A stretch of DNA of 64,000 bases, taken from assembly GCA_964188305.1 (NCBI GenBank), contig OZ076888.1. One strand, given 5' to 3'. The stretch comes from Podarcis bocagei. Its lineage: Eukaryota. The notes under the pieces were generated by a model. The model had not been told where the DNA came from. It searched no databases and was given only the letters and a program-made list of their open reading frames with translations. The translations under genes were made by a program, and so were the position numbers. Positions 23,485 to 36,819 of this stretch are shown in pieces (the first letter of the stretch is position 1; the number at the start of each line of letters is the position of its first letter).

Positions 23485-25361
23485 CCTAGAGTGTTAGCAT
23501 TAGGGTTGTGCAGCAGATTTCAACCAAATCAGGCTGATTCAGAGATCTGGGTCTCAGCTGAGTGGGGCTGAGACAGCCTCAGATTGCTGCAGCTCAGGTT
23601 GGGCAGCCCAGAGTGATCAGAGGCTGTCAAGGGAGGTGGCATCAGGCAGAAAGAAGGAGCAACCATGAAAATGAGGGACCTACCAAGTGGCTGCAACTTT
23701 GTGGAAGACAGTTATGGTGGGTGTGGATAGATGCCTTTTCAGCCCAACCTCTCCTCCTTCCCACCTTCTTCCCACCATGCAGGGTTGTATCCTACCACTT
23801 ACCAGCTGGTAGAAGATCCAATCCTGCTTGGTGCTGCTCCTTCAGAAGCAGCTTCCCAGCATGCAGTGAAGGAGCAGTATCTTGCAGGATTGAAACTGCC
23901 TGTCCTCGGTGGGGAAGGGGAGGGGAGAAGGCGACACAGTGTCTCTGCCATCCCACTTTTGACCATATGTTAAAAGAGGGTTTAAAAAACCCCGACCTCA
24001 CCTCTGAATTGGTTCAGGGATGGATCCAGGGCAGGTGGTCCCTGAGGCAGAACAGGACAGATCAGCCCAAACTGGGTCATCATAGATCTGGGCCACAGGG
24101 TGGATTGAGGGCCCAGGTTAGCATATAAACATTTCCAATAGATGGGCCAAAAGAACAAATGTATTAATATGCAGTGAGATAAATTTAGTTAGAATCCCCG
24201 CCCCCGATGGAAACATAGCATTTGAGAGAACTAGAAAGTCATATTTGTTAACAAATACAAATAGAATTGCTGTGGTGAAAATATATAGAGCAAGCAGCTG
24301 ATCTTATTTTCCCTAAATGATATAATACCCCTTTGTGAGGCTAAAGGAGATCCATAGGACAGTGCAGTCATTATGAGTTAAAAGTCAAGTGTCTCTCTCT
24401 TCCCATTCCCACCATCGGTTGAAGCCGTAGTGTCAAATCCAGGGAGTTTAGCACCTGCTGATCCCAGACTGAGAGCACTTCACACTTGTCTGTATAGTTA
24501 TATGAAATTTGGGTAAGAAATTGATGCAAGGGCATAACCTTTTATAGGAACGATTTCCTGGATTAAGAAACAGAGCAGGGCATGTCTGACCTTGTCCTAG
24601 CCATTCAGTGCCAGTACCCTGGGGAGGGAAATAAATAGTACCTACATGCAGACTTGCTCCTTAGAATGGAAAGCAGCACAGCCCACTCAGACAGACTAAT
24701 AGAATATTATTTTTAATTTCCATAATTGAAGATTTTTACTTTCCTAACTCATGACTTACTTGCTCAAGTTTAAGCATGTCGGGCTGGGTCCCTTCAGCAG
24801 ACTTTCAGTTTGAATAACTCGCAGAGCTAAGGAAGACATTTCATGGTCAAACTATGAATGACTTCTTGCCAGTGTCATGATCCAACCAGCAGCAACCAAG
24901 ACTTGGAGCCAGAGACTGAACTGTCTCCAGCTAAGGGTTCTGATCTGAGCTGGCAGATGGAAATCAGGAGACCACTGAGCCTGATGGACACCAGCCCCCA
25001 AAAGAACCTCCCTTAGACACTCATGAGACAGAACCCAGACCACCCTCAGTTTGAGGAACCAAATGCCTCCCACAGGACCTCACCAGTCCAGTAGCGCATG
25101 GGGTGCACCAGGCAGGAGGCTATAGAATGGACCAGAGGATTGGCCCTTTAAGAATTTAAACTCAGCTACAAGCGGGCAGAGGCTTTGAAAGGCTCAGTCT
25201 GATATCAACCCTTGTTGAAGCAATCTACTTGCTCGGAGCTATCCATGGTCCTGCGCCTTTTGACCCTATCTTGCCCTGCAGATTCTGGTTGCATACCTGA
25301 ACACAACAGCCATGTAGTTTTGCATTGCAAAGCTGGTTGTTGCTAAGCAAATAACTGGCGT

Positions 25362-25363
<2 letters not shown>

Positions 25364-25413
<50 letters not shown>
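25364..25413. repeat. (GT)n microsatellite
   Basis: Visible directly. Confidence 0.95.
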
Positions 25414-25416
<3 letters not shown>

Positions 25417-25670
25417 AGCTCAGCTGGGGTATGGAGGGCCCTTTGGCCCCACCATGGTCATGATTGGAATCAGTCCCCCTTCCTCGTGCCTGCTGTTCAC
25501 ACTGGAGGAAAGTTCCCCATTGACACCAGCGGGAAATTCAATTCTGTTGAGAAGAGGAAGCACTGATGTGGGCCACTCCTGGACCACAGGGGGCCTTCTA
25601 TGCCATAGTCCCAATTCAGTCCAGTCTCCACAGCCTGTGGCCAGTTCTGTAACAAAATTCAACTATACAA

Positions 25671-26061
25671 CAGGGATGTCCAACTCCCAAGAGACTGCGA
25701 TCTACTCCCAGATAAAGAAAAACTAGCAGTGATCTACCCATTGGGGGGAGAGCCAAAGTTTTTGAGCTTTTTTTAGGGGGGCAAGCCAAAGTTGTTGAGG
25801 GTTTTTTTAGGGAAGACGGCTAATTCTTTAGCTGCGTTTTCGGTGGGGGGTGCCATTAATCAAAAAACAATAAGTAATCCCGCCAGCAGTAACTCTGTCT
25901 TCCGTTCTTGAAATCGTGCATGAATACAGGAAAAAGCAAGGGGCCAGGGCCAGATGCTCCTTTTCCCAAGCGGAGGAAAATGAGCCCGTGATCAACCACA
26001 ATCGACTTATATCAACCGGGGGTCGACCTGTTGATTGCGGTCGACTGGTTGGACATCCCAG
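25671..26061. mobile_element. hAT MITE
   Basis: Exact 8-bp TSD ctatacaa (25663-25670, 26062-26069); TIRs cagggatgtccaac / gttggacatcccag; tcgac and gatctac subterminal motifs. Confidence 0.92.
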
Positions 26062-26104
26062 CTATACAACATCCAATTACACTAGAAACACCTTTGATTC
26101 TTTG

Positions 26105-26300
26105 TCACCTATTCCCTTCTCAGAACTACATTTCCCAGAGTGGTTTAACAATCAATTCCACTTCACAGGGAGCTCTAGAAATTATATCTCAGTGTGTAGA
26201 ATAGGGTTCTCCTAAGAACTACAACACCCAGAATTCTTTGGGAGAAGCCATGATTGTTAAATGTGGTATCATAGTGCTTTAAGTATATGGTGTGAATGCA
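26105..26300 (-). repeat. Unclassified interspersed repeat
   Basis: aactacaacacccagaattctttggga...tggtatcatagtgctttaa is the reverse complement of the 43660 copy. Confidence 0.6.
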
Positions 26301-27485
26301 TCCTATGACAGGTTTAGACTGAAATCACTACTCTCTAGTGTGTGTAGGTGGGACCATTGCATCTTTATTGAGTTGTGTGGCTTCACTTGTAAAGCCCATT
26401 TCACTCAAATGCCTGCTTTCTTATCACTGACAGGTACTTATTTACTTTCTATTGCATGTTGGAGCTTGTTGTGAAAAACGACCCAGCCTCACCACGGAGA
26501 CTGCCCCGTATGTAAGACTATTAAGATAAAGTCCTGCATAAGTGGCCTTAATAAAAGGAATTTATCATCAGACATGGAGAGGAAGGCGTCTTTTATTCAT
26601 AAAGTGAATAACACCAAGGATTGTCATTGCAGATTTTCAGTGCTAGAAATTATTATCATTCATTTTCCAAATTACCGGCTGCACAAAAATTACTAAATGG
26701 TGCGTTATCACTACTCCTCAGCATGGGAATATCTCTGTTATATGTTCGATTACAAATGTCTGCCCACGTGATTATCGGCAATAAATCAGAGGTAATCACT
26801 TACCATGAGAAGGGCTGGCTGGGAAAAGATCGGATGTAATTGAGAAGCCAAAAGCCTTCTATGGCACAGAGATCTGGCATTTCCAATCTCCCTCCTCACT
26901 CTCGTAATTGGGTCAGAACTTATGGTGCCATTCATGGATCCAAAGGGATACTAGATAAATCTAAATAGGACTGCAACTACATTTTCAATGCAGCTCATCA
27001 TCTCTGTGGTGTTTGCGTATCTACTTAGGATCCCATAATGATCTCCCTGGCAACAAACCTCCAGTAGGAAACAAGAATGATCAAGAAACAATGTTGTCTT
27101 GGGTCTGCTTCAGACAAATCTCTGGGTGGGCAAGACTTTTGACATAGTGAAACAGATGTTACCTGTGATATGGGCATTCCCTGCAGGGTCCAAATTTGCA
27201 TAAATTGTGTCAATTTCCTCTTAAATGATGTGGTCATACAAACTGGGCATCTGCATAATCAGGCACCTGTATGGGGTACCCCCATCATACATGACATCAT
27301 TATGTGGAGAGGAGGGGGTGCATCATTCCTCTGATGGTGTTTGGAGTCAACATGAAACTTGGAAGCTTAGTTGAACACTGAATCACTGTTGAAGGAGAGC
27401 AATTTACCCGGGACATAATCACACAAAGACTCTTGGGTTTGGAAAATAAGAAAGGTCATTTTGTTAAAGGAGACATTAAATACAG

Positions 27486-27836
27486 AAAGGTAAAGTGACC
27501 CCTGACCATTAGGTCCAGTCGTAAACGACTCTGGGGTTGCAGTGCTCATCTCACTTTACTGGCCAAGGGAGCTGGTGTACAGCTTCTGGGTCATGTGGCC
27601 AGCATGACTAAGCTGCTTCTAGTGAACCAGAGCAGTGCACAGAAATGCCATTTACCTTCCTGCCGGAGCGGTACCTATTTATCTACTTGCACTTTGACGT
27701 GCTTTCGAACTGCTAGGTTGGCAGGAGCAGGGACCGAGCAACGGGAGCTCACCCTGTCGTGGGGATTCGAACCACCGACCTTCTGATCGGCAAGTCCTAG
27801 GCTCTGTGGTTTAGACCACAACGCCACCTGTGTTCC
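27486..27836 (-). mobile_element. Sauria SINE (Squam1), full length
   Basis: Reverse complement of the 10876 element; aaaggtaaag tail; degenerate TSD att(a/c)aataca. Confidence 0.95.
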
Positions 27837-29203
27837 ACGATTCAATACATACTTGATAGGAAATATCCTAGTTCTAGCTAACTAAGGTGGAGATATGAAG
27901 AACTCAGTAGGAGAGATGCTAAAACGATGTCTCTTCTTCCAAGGTGAAGATGAAGAAAAAGAGGAAGTAGGAAACCCTAAAATTATCAATCTAACATGGA
28001 AGGAAGAACAATAGGTTCAGTGCCTCCTTCTCACATGTTGGTTATTGACCATCTGCAGTCCAAAGGGCTGTGCAGAATACTATTGTGCCAGCAAGTTTCC
28101 TGGCAAAAACCAGCCAGGTTTGAATCAGAGATCCACACTGTGTGGTAATAAATATAAGTGGCAAATTCTGCTACCTTAACTTTCTGTTCTTAGTTTGTTG
28201 AGTCTGTTCTTCCCACCTTCTGGAATTCTGCCTATTCTGGAGATCTAGGATTTTGTTCAAGAAACTGTCTGAAGTCTTGGTCTTCTCTTGATTTGTCTTG
28301 GGTTCTGGGACATTGGTCTGCAAGTTTTGCTGGGCATGTTGTGGATTTGTGATTACCTGAGGCTCTCATGAAAGGCTTAGAGGATTGGCCAATCAGGAAG
28401 CCAGAACTTTATTATCTCACTCCCCTAAGAAGAAAAGAACAGCAACAGGAAATGACTCTACCCAAATAGACCCAAACCCTATCCAGAGAGGGGCTTTGCT
28501 GCTGAAATTAGATCTAGTCCATGGATCTGGACCTGAGGTCCACCAGCATGCTCCTGAAAAAGTTATATCTTTTGATTGTGCCATTGACTTTAAAATGCTA
28601 TTCATACACGTGTCGAACACTAAAAAAGTAAAAAGGTATAATGCTCTTTTCAGGCATAAAGCCTGAAATTTCTGTATGGTGAGAGGGAGATTCTGAAAAT
28701 CTGGTCCTTTATATATTGTTCCTGAGTGGGGCACCTAGAAGTGACAGGTACACACACCTGAGTAAAGCGCATGCCCCACCTGCTGCAGATGACTCCTACC
28801 CCTTCTTCATTCATACCATCTTCCCTGATGACACTGCCGTTTCTGCATCTTTCAATAAAAGGCACGGCTCTTTTAAAAAAATGAAACAAACAAACTCCTT
28901 TAGTCCCAAAGGAAGGCTGTGCGCATGTATGAGCCTGGGGAAGGAAGAAAAGCTTGCTGTTATGTGAAAGGGACACAGCAGGGAGATTAAGATCTCTATC
29001 GGAGCTTGTGGCAGCGATGATTAGAGTGCATTAGGGCTCTCTCGGTGTTGACAAACACTGCCCCAATTAGGAATTAGTTCAGCATGGCATCTGATAGCTC
29101 TGCCACTGTTGACCTGCTTAATAGGCTGGCCTTTTCCTCCCCTTCATTTGCTTGTCTGTCTGTGGCCCAGGACAAAAGCTCTGGAAAAAAACACTCCTCT
29201 CTC

Positions 29204-29213
<10 letters not shown>

Positions 29214-29264
<51 letters not shown>

Positions 29265-29270
29265 ACTCTC
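29214..29270. repeat. (CT)n microsatellite
   Basis: Visible directly. Confidence 0.9.
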
Positions 29271-29650
29271 TCTTATTCCCCAGGAATGACATACACATAT
29301 GAAAATAAAGAATCAAAGCTGGAGATAGTTTTGTCAGAAGAAAACATGGGAAGAATCCATTTAAAAAAGAAAGATGCTTTTTAAAAGATATATTTTTTAA
29401 AAAGATAAACATAATAAACCAAAGATAAAGAACACAGAGGAATACTGTTACAGCTGGTTAAAAGCAACATAAGGTAGAACATCATCATTGAACTTGTTGT
29501 TCCAAAACATTGACCAAAATATCAATTTCCCCATAAATGTAAGGCAGGTTTATATGTATTATTTTATAATAATAGTGTTCAACTTTATAACTTCTGCTAA
29601 GATTATAAGTAAAAATTGGCGGGGGGGCATATATCCTACTGTATCTGAAT

Positions 29651-29840
29651 CATAGGAGTCAACTCCTAGGGGCTGAGGTCCCTTCGCCCCCCCTCCCAAT
29701 AAAATATTTGAGAGTGTCAGCCCCCTCCCAAGTTGATGGGCATTGCCATTCAAATGGGGGGGGGTACACTGTGTCATGTGATCAATTATGTGGGGCAGGG
29801 CTTACCTTCCCTTCAATATTTTATTCAGATTTGCACCCCA
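29651..29840. mobile_element. Probable MITE
   Basis: Imperfect TIRs aggagtcaact / atttgcacccc; related start caactcctaggggg...aaaatatt near 20862. Confidence 0.5.
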
Positions 29841-32800
29841 GATTGAGAAGATTTCTTCAATAGTAACTATGATTAAGGTAACGTATTATAATTTATTTAT
29901 TTTTAAAGAGAAAACTAGATAGCCTAGGAGTATATGCTAGGTTAGATCAGAAGGATTTATTCCTTAAACATGGACAAGCAATCTGCTGATGTATTTGGAG
30001 ATTTGTATGTCTTTTCTGTAGCCCCCCCCCCCCCATTATTCTGGTGCCACCACTTAGTTGCAGCATTACATAAGTTAATGGTTGAAACTTTGGCTCTTCA
30101 GAGTATGCAAAAACTAGGTACAGCTGCTTGCTTGGGGTGTTTCCATGCACTGCTTCTGCTACACAAAACAGGAAGTTAAACAGGAAGTGCTTTTTTAAAA
30201 AAAAGTCACTTCCTGTTGTTGGGTTTCAAAGACAACCTTGCTACTTTGGCTGATGGTAGCTTTGTTTCTCATGTCCACCCTCCTTGGCAGTTTGAACTTT
30301 CAGTGACTGCCATGGTGACTGACTCCCTTTAATGTGTAGATCTGTGGGTGGGTGATGTTATGAATTAGTTGCAAAAAATGTGACACATGGAAGTACTATT
30401 TCGAAGAATTCTGGGGCTGAGAAAGCCGTAATGCCTTCTTCTCTGGCCTTGTCCTAAAGCACAAGGTGCCCAGACTATGCTTAGTCTTCTGTACCCCCAT
30501 TCATTTCCATTAGAGGAGGAAGAGCCAGCTGCTGAGGGGGAGGGAGGTGCACCCAGCTAGGTGCATCTTTCTGAGCCAGTGGAAATTGATACGGTTCATC
30601 TGCATACAAAAGGCTGAATGGAGAGGCGGTGGGGTGAAAGGGGTCAGACACCCAGATGGATTTTTTAATTCCAAGAGGAAAATAACACCACGCTCTCAAG
30701 TGATAACTGAACCTTTCTTACCAGCTCGGACCCAAATATGATTTCCTCCCTGCCCCCCCCCCGCCCCCATTCGTGCAGTGAAGGAGAAGCAAATTATACA
30801 GAACTGCATTCTGCAGAATAATAAGGTTTCATGCTGCATAAAGCTCCCATAAGCTAGTGTAATTACTGAAGAGCAGGAAATACAGTTTCGGTTTATATCT
30901 AATCACAATGCCATTTTGAGTACAATAAAAGAGGATCTTGGGGGGCAGGAGGCTCCTGGGATGCAGGCTGGCCTTTGCTGCCACAAGCCTCTTGTTTCCA
31001 CAGGACTGCTAGCCTGGGCAGAAAGAGCTGGTGGTGCTGTCCCACAGTGACATGGGTCTAGAAATCAACCTCCCAAATCCATCCATGTGTGTTTTCAACA
31101 CCAGACTTCATGTGAAATGGGTCTCATCCTTGTCTTGGGGGCTTTTTTAGCCAGAAGACCTTTCCCCTGGCTCATCTAAACTACCCTGACATTTTTTGCT
31201 CCATCAGAAATGAAAGCCCGGCTTCATCCCACTGGAACAAAACAAACCCGTTTGACAAGAACCAGCAAATAAGGATCAAAACAACCAGCAAGCCAGAAGG
31301 CTGTCCAGCTGCCTCTTGGACCCCTTTGGCAGCCATTGGCAACCTTGTAGGGAAAGGGAGAGAAGCAGAAGAGAGTAGATTGAGCCAGAGTTCAGGGAGG
31401 GAAACCAGCAACCCCAGGAATGGGACATCTTATGGAACAATGGATATCCCCTTGCACAAAAACACGATGCGTTTATCTCTCTGGCAAAGAGATTCCTTGC
31501 CACCAGTGAAACTTTCAGATGCTCCCCAAGTATTTATATGCAGAAGCAGCTTGCTGGTTGGGGAGGAAACACTACACCAGTTTCCCAGCAGGTGGGTCAA
31601 CATTGCTTACCAGGAGGGAGCTAGTGCGAGACAAGGCGGCGGAGAAGGGGGAATGGAGCCAATCTGACACTCCTGCCAGTGTGTTTGCACTGTGTCCTCT
31701 TTCCCTTCTAGAAGGCAGCAGTGGTCTACCTGCCAAAAGCTAGTGCACCATCTCTGCCATACCTGGCAAGCCACTTCTGGTTCTGCAGCAAGGATAACCA
31801 ATGTGATGTTGTTAAACTATAAGCCCCACCAGCCCCTACAAACCCCAGTTGGTCAGGATTGATGAGAGTTGTAATCTAACAGCATCTGGAGGGCACTACT
31901 TAAGCTATCCATGTTATTATAGAGCACCAGAATCACTAGGGTAGGCTATCTAAATTCAAAGGATGAATTAATATCAATAAATATAAGTTTTCCATAATCT
32001 ACTTTCCTGTCAATGCCTATATGATTAATTTTGTCAACCATGTCCCGTTTTTGCATAATGGATCAGTGACCACAATTATTCCTATATGGAAATGTGAAGC
32101 AGCCTTGATACCAAGCATTGCTGACCTTCCTTCTCCTCGAATGAAGACTCAGGAACATGTTTGGGTATTTAATGTCTTGCTATATGGATGGACCATTGCT
32201 GGAAGTTTCTGTATGACCTGCTAAAAATCTAAACTTACCAGTTAAGTATTAAAATATATTTAGATTCTCTAAAATTACATGTTGTGAACATAATAATATT
32301 TTAACAGTGTACAGTAGACTTTAGCAAATCTGTATCAATAAGTAATACTGCTATCCTATTAAAGCTGGAATAAAATATCAATGTTTATATGTATGCATGG
32401 TTGGATGGGGCGCAGGCAGCTGGCACAGAAAGCACAGACAGGAATGGTGAAGAGGACTTCCCAAAAGTTTCCTCCCTTTTTTGTTTTCTCTTACGCAAGG
32501 AGCTGACTCCTTCCATCAAAGTTTAGAAGGCTTTAGTGAAAGATTACGCCACCACATTAGTGATGTGACAATGATCTTAACCCCAACACTGTTATTCAAG
32601 TTCTTCCTATTTAAGCTAAATTACATTTGATGGAGAGTTGGTTTTGAAATTCTATATTTTATGGTGGTTGTGGTTTTTTTAAAAAAATCTTTCTTTTTAC
32701 ATTCAAAAAAAGCCAGACTTCATTCCAGGAAATAATCAATACAGACAGCTTATTTGGGGTTATTATTTCCAAGGCTCAAAACAAATGACACATTTTTGAC

Positions 32801-33002
32801 AGCAGATGCTTTGTTATTTATTATATTAAAAATATCCTAAGGTTATGACGATTGCCAACATGGGTGGGGAAGCCAATTTGATCCATGCAACACTGTACCT
32901 AAGTCAGCCTTTATACATCTCTACATAAATGCAAACCTCATGCACTAGTGCCTCTGCCAACGGGCTTAGCCTCTGAGCAAATGCAGCTCCTGCACCCAGA
33001 AA

Positions 33003-33383
33003 TAGAGAAGGAGAAATGTGTTTGTTTTGCATTTCAGGGTAAATCTACCAAATTTGTATGCACACCCCCAAACCGATAAACGAACCAAAACACAGCACTC
33101 CTTTGAAATTTGCACTTCTCTGGATTTTGCAATGCACTAATATAAATGTGTATATTAGTGAAAAGTATGCCCCAAAAAACGTATGTTGGGGGGGAGTGTA
33201 CAAAATACATTCTATCACAGGAGAATTGCTTGCGAAGATGCACATAGGCAAAAATGCCTATATGAAGAGAATTTCCATACAGACTTCTTTTTTCTTTTCT
33301 TTCTTAATTCACTAACAAGGAGAAGCAGGGTGAGCCAAACTTAAGATGAGAGAAACTGAAAGGGACAGGTTTGCCAATCCCTG
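33003..33383 (+). mobile_element. Copy of the TAGGGATG repeat family
   Basis: aaacacagcactcctttgaaatttgcacttctctggattttgcaatg...; ends ccaatccctg. Confidence 0.65.
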
Positions 33384-34531
33384 AATCTTCACCGTCCCCT
33401 TAGGAACAACTATTAGGTTTCCATCTTAAGCATACTTAACATTCTCTGGAGTATATGTCCACTGGCTTTAAAAAACCTTGCAAACTCAATTAACCCTCCT
33501 GTCCATTTGGAGCAGCGTTACCCATTTCTGCTGGGTACCAGGGGTGGGAGGGTAGGGGTAGGGGCAGGGGCAGGGAGAAGGAGGGGGCGAAGCTCCTCAG
33601 GTTTGAAACATGTTACTTCCATGCTGCTGGTGTTAACGGGAACTTTAATTTAAACAAGAATTCTGATTGAAATGCTCCTGCTGGGCCTTTATAGTCACAT
33701 GCTTCACGATAATGTGCAATTAACATGCTACCAAGGGAGCTATTCTGAATTTGGTTTATACCGGCTCCTGCTTGGGAAGAAGGCAAAATCTTTACACCAA
33801 GATGAGCAGAGAATGCCTCTTCCCTGTTTTACATGCAAATAAACTAATATGTAATTAGTGAAATGAGAAACATCTGGGAAGTGTCTGTGCCTTTCCCTTC
33901 ACCGCCTCCTTTGTGACTGGAAAATCATCCATTCCAACGGCTCCCATTTCTGGGCCATCCAGAGAACCACATTTGCCTTTGTTAAATCCGTCACTTGTGC
34001 CTGGTTTGCCGCCAGCTCTTATCCACTTTAAACTGAAGTGCAACTGTTTTGTACTAAGCAGTTAGCTGAGGGGATTCAGCCCGCCCAATCAGCACAACTA
34101 AAGCATGAAATGAGGACACAGAATGAGAGAGGGAAAGTGACAGCAGTCCCCGCCGCTCCCCGAAAGCTGCGGTGTTAATATGTGCTCAGTTAGGACCACA
34201 AACACTGTATCTGTATCTATCGCCACAACTCTCCCCACCCTCCGTTCCCCTCCTCCTCCTCCTCCTCCTTCTCCAGACAAAGTTCTTGAATCAGCAGATT
34301 GTGAGCTCAGGAGAAGTAAAGAGCTATTGAGGGACAGACTCTGATAGCATTACAGCCATACATGGAGCCATTTTCTGTGGCGAATCGCTGAGTTCTACCT
34401 GGTTATCTCCTGCCTTGCACATCACTTCCAAATGACATGCTCTCAGTCTGGGCAAAAATGAGAGTTTTTTAAAAGAGCTGGGATTTCAATAATATGTGAC
34501 GAAAGGATGAGATTACTTTCTGAGGTGGAAG

Positions 34532-34534
<3 letters not shown>

Positions 34535-34577
<43 letters not shown>
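34535..34577. repeat. (GA)n microsatellite
   Basis: Visible directly. Confidence 0.95.
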
Positions 34578-34580
<3 letters not shown>

Positions 34581-35059
34581 GAAGAGTAAGTTCTCTGTCC
34601 TTTATGGAGTTTCCTAGGCAAGGATTCTGTTATAGGCAGACTCTTCTAGCATTGTAATGGAAACAGAGGGAAAGTTTGGTTATTTTTTCAAGTTGCCTTG
34701 TACACGAACTAGGAAAAGTGAGCAAGGAAGCCTGCTCTTTATGAATTTCTCTCAAAGAAATTCAAGAAGGGTTAAGAGCGCTCCCCGCCCCAGCGACATA
34801 ATATCACCTAATCACCAGCCACAACACTTTCCTTCTTTTCTTAGTTTGAAATGCAAAACTAGACAATTAATGTGATTTGGGGGGGGGTGTATTCTCTCTT
34901 CCTCCATCAGACTTCCGAAACCTTGAGGGAATATGTATCGGTGACTTAAACTGGGAGTATATTAATGTCATGCAGGGTCCAACTGGTCATTCCCTATCAT
35001 ATATGCCCACTTGACCATTTTGATTTGCAGAATTGGCACACAACATTTACCCCACCCTT

Positions 35060-35398
35060 GCAAGGAATCAGTCCTTCAGTGTGGCTGCATCTACACTCTG
35101 GAACTCCCTGCCCATTGACATTAGGAAGGTGCCTTCACTGTACTGTTTTTGGCACCTGCTAAAAATGTTTTTGCTTAGACAAGCCTACCCAGACATGTTA
35201 ATTTGAGATGTATTTTAGTATGTAATTTTATTTTACGGTGTGTGCACGTGTGTATAATTTTTTCCCCTGTTTTCATTCTTTTTTAGGTCAGCTTGTTTTA
35301 ATACATGGTTTTTTGTCAGTAATTTTAGTGGGCATTTTATATTTTATGTCAACTGCTTTGAGGTTTTGCTTATTAAAGCCTGTTAAAGAAATAAAATA
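35060..35398 (+). mobile_element. Old L2 LINE 3' end
   Basis: Reads LWNSLPIDIRKVPSLYCF...LLK.FL.RQAY, like the L2 ORF2 C-terminus, then a T-rich 3' UTR and A-rich tail. Confidence 0.7.
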
Positions 35399-35883
35399 AC
35401 TACACCATGTCGCCGTGTGCTGTCACGTTAGTGCACCTGTTTATTAGCTGCATATAATATTCAACCTTGCTCCTGTCATTTAACCAGCTTGTTTCTTCCT
35501 CCTATACAGCTGGTGGAGGTAGAGCCCTCTGGCACAGTGATGCTAGTAAGTTAGGGTCCATGGGACATGCCCTTCATTGTGGTCTTATCTTCAGGCACAG
35601 AAGACTCTGTCTATTATGGTAGACAGTATTATAACTCTGGAATAAATATTTAGAATCTGGCCTTCTGCTCCTGCTTGGTTTAACAGAGCAGTAGCCTCTG
35701 CCACTTGCACCTCCAAGTCCATATGTGCAGGTTTGCAACTTCTGATCCTGACTTTGGGGAACCCAACCCGGACCCTTAATCTTCTAGGTGAAGATTAGTA
35801 TATGGCTGCCATGCCCCAGTATTGGCCATAGGACTGAGCTACAGTTTTCATGTCTAATTCTGTCTAGTTCACCTGCTGCCACA

Positions 35884-36058
35884 GGTTAGCTCAACAGCAG
35901 AGTGTCTTCTTTCCATGCATAAAATCTAGGTTTGATCCCTTCCATCTCCAGGTAGGGCTGGGAATCTCCCATCTGAAACTGAGGAGAGCCACTTCCAGTC
36001 AGTGTAGACAATCCTGAGCTAGATGGAGAAGTAGTCTAACTTGGTGGGCAAGTTCTGC
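35884..36058 (+). mobile_element. Squam3-like SINE
   Basis: tagctcaacagcagag head; catctccaggtagggctggga...ccagtcagtgtagacaatcctgagctagatgga body. Confidence 0.8.
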
Positions 36059-36333
36059 TAACTCTGCACAAGAATTACTGTTACCTCAGTGGGACTTCAC
36101 CCATTCCCCCTGCGAGTGCCCTGCACCATTCCCAAATCTGTTTCAGAGGATTGGAGGAACCCCTAGAACACATACGGCAGGAGGAAAGAGGGGAAAGTCC
36201 CATTGTGCTGGCAGTAATCTTTGTACCAATGAGACCCTGTTCGAAGCAATCCAGTAGAAGGCATCCTCCTCATTTCTTTGTTGTCCCACCTTTTACAGTG
36301 GTATTCTTAAACAACATCTATCACTTAGCACCT

Positions 36334-36688
36334 GGGACGCGGGTGGTGCTGTGGGTTAAACCACAGAGCCTAGGACTTGCTGATCAGAAAGTCGGCGGTT
36401 CGAATCCCCGCGACGGGGTGAGCTCCTGTTGCTCGATCCCTGCTCCTGCCAACCTAGCAGTTCGAAAGCACGCAGTGCAAGTAGATAAGTAGGTACCGCT
36501 CTGGCAGGAAGGTAAACAGGGTTTCCGTGCACTGCTCTAGTTTGCCAGAAGCAGCTTAGTCATGCTGGCCACATGACCCGGAAACTGTACACCAGCTCCC
36601 TCGGCCAATAAAGCGAGATGCGAGATGAGCGCCGCAACCCCAGAGTCGGTCACGACTGGACCTAATGGTCAGAGGTCCCTTTACCTTT
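36334..36688 (+). mobile_element. Sauria SINE (Squam1), full length
   Basis: 13-bp TSD tatcacttagcac (36319-36331, 36689-36701); ccctttaccttt tail. Confidence 0.96.
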
Positions 36689-36785
36689 TATCACTTAGCA
36701 CAGGCAGAGAAATGAGCCTGATTTGTCCAAAGCATAGAAAGGATTGCAGATGTAAAAGAACTAGGAAACAAACAAACAAAAATGG

Positions 36786-36819
36786 GATAATGTATTGAAC
36801 CAGATAATGTATTGAACCA
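36786..36819. repeat. 17-bp tandem duplication
   Basis: gataatgtattgaacca twice. Confidence 0.9.

Noticed and set aside
23562-24128. 188-aa ORF and other ORFs over 150 aa (1114, 20721, 42078, 51396)
   Set aside because: Non-ATG starts or low-complexity content, no recognisable domain and no supporting splice structure; consistent with chance.
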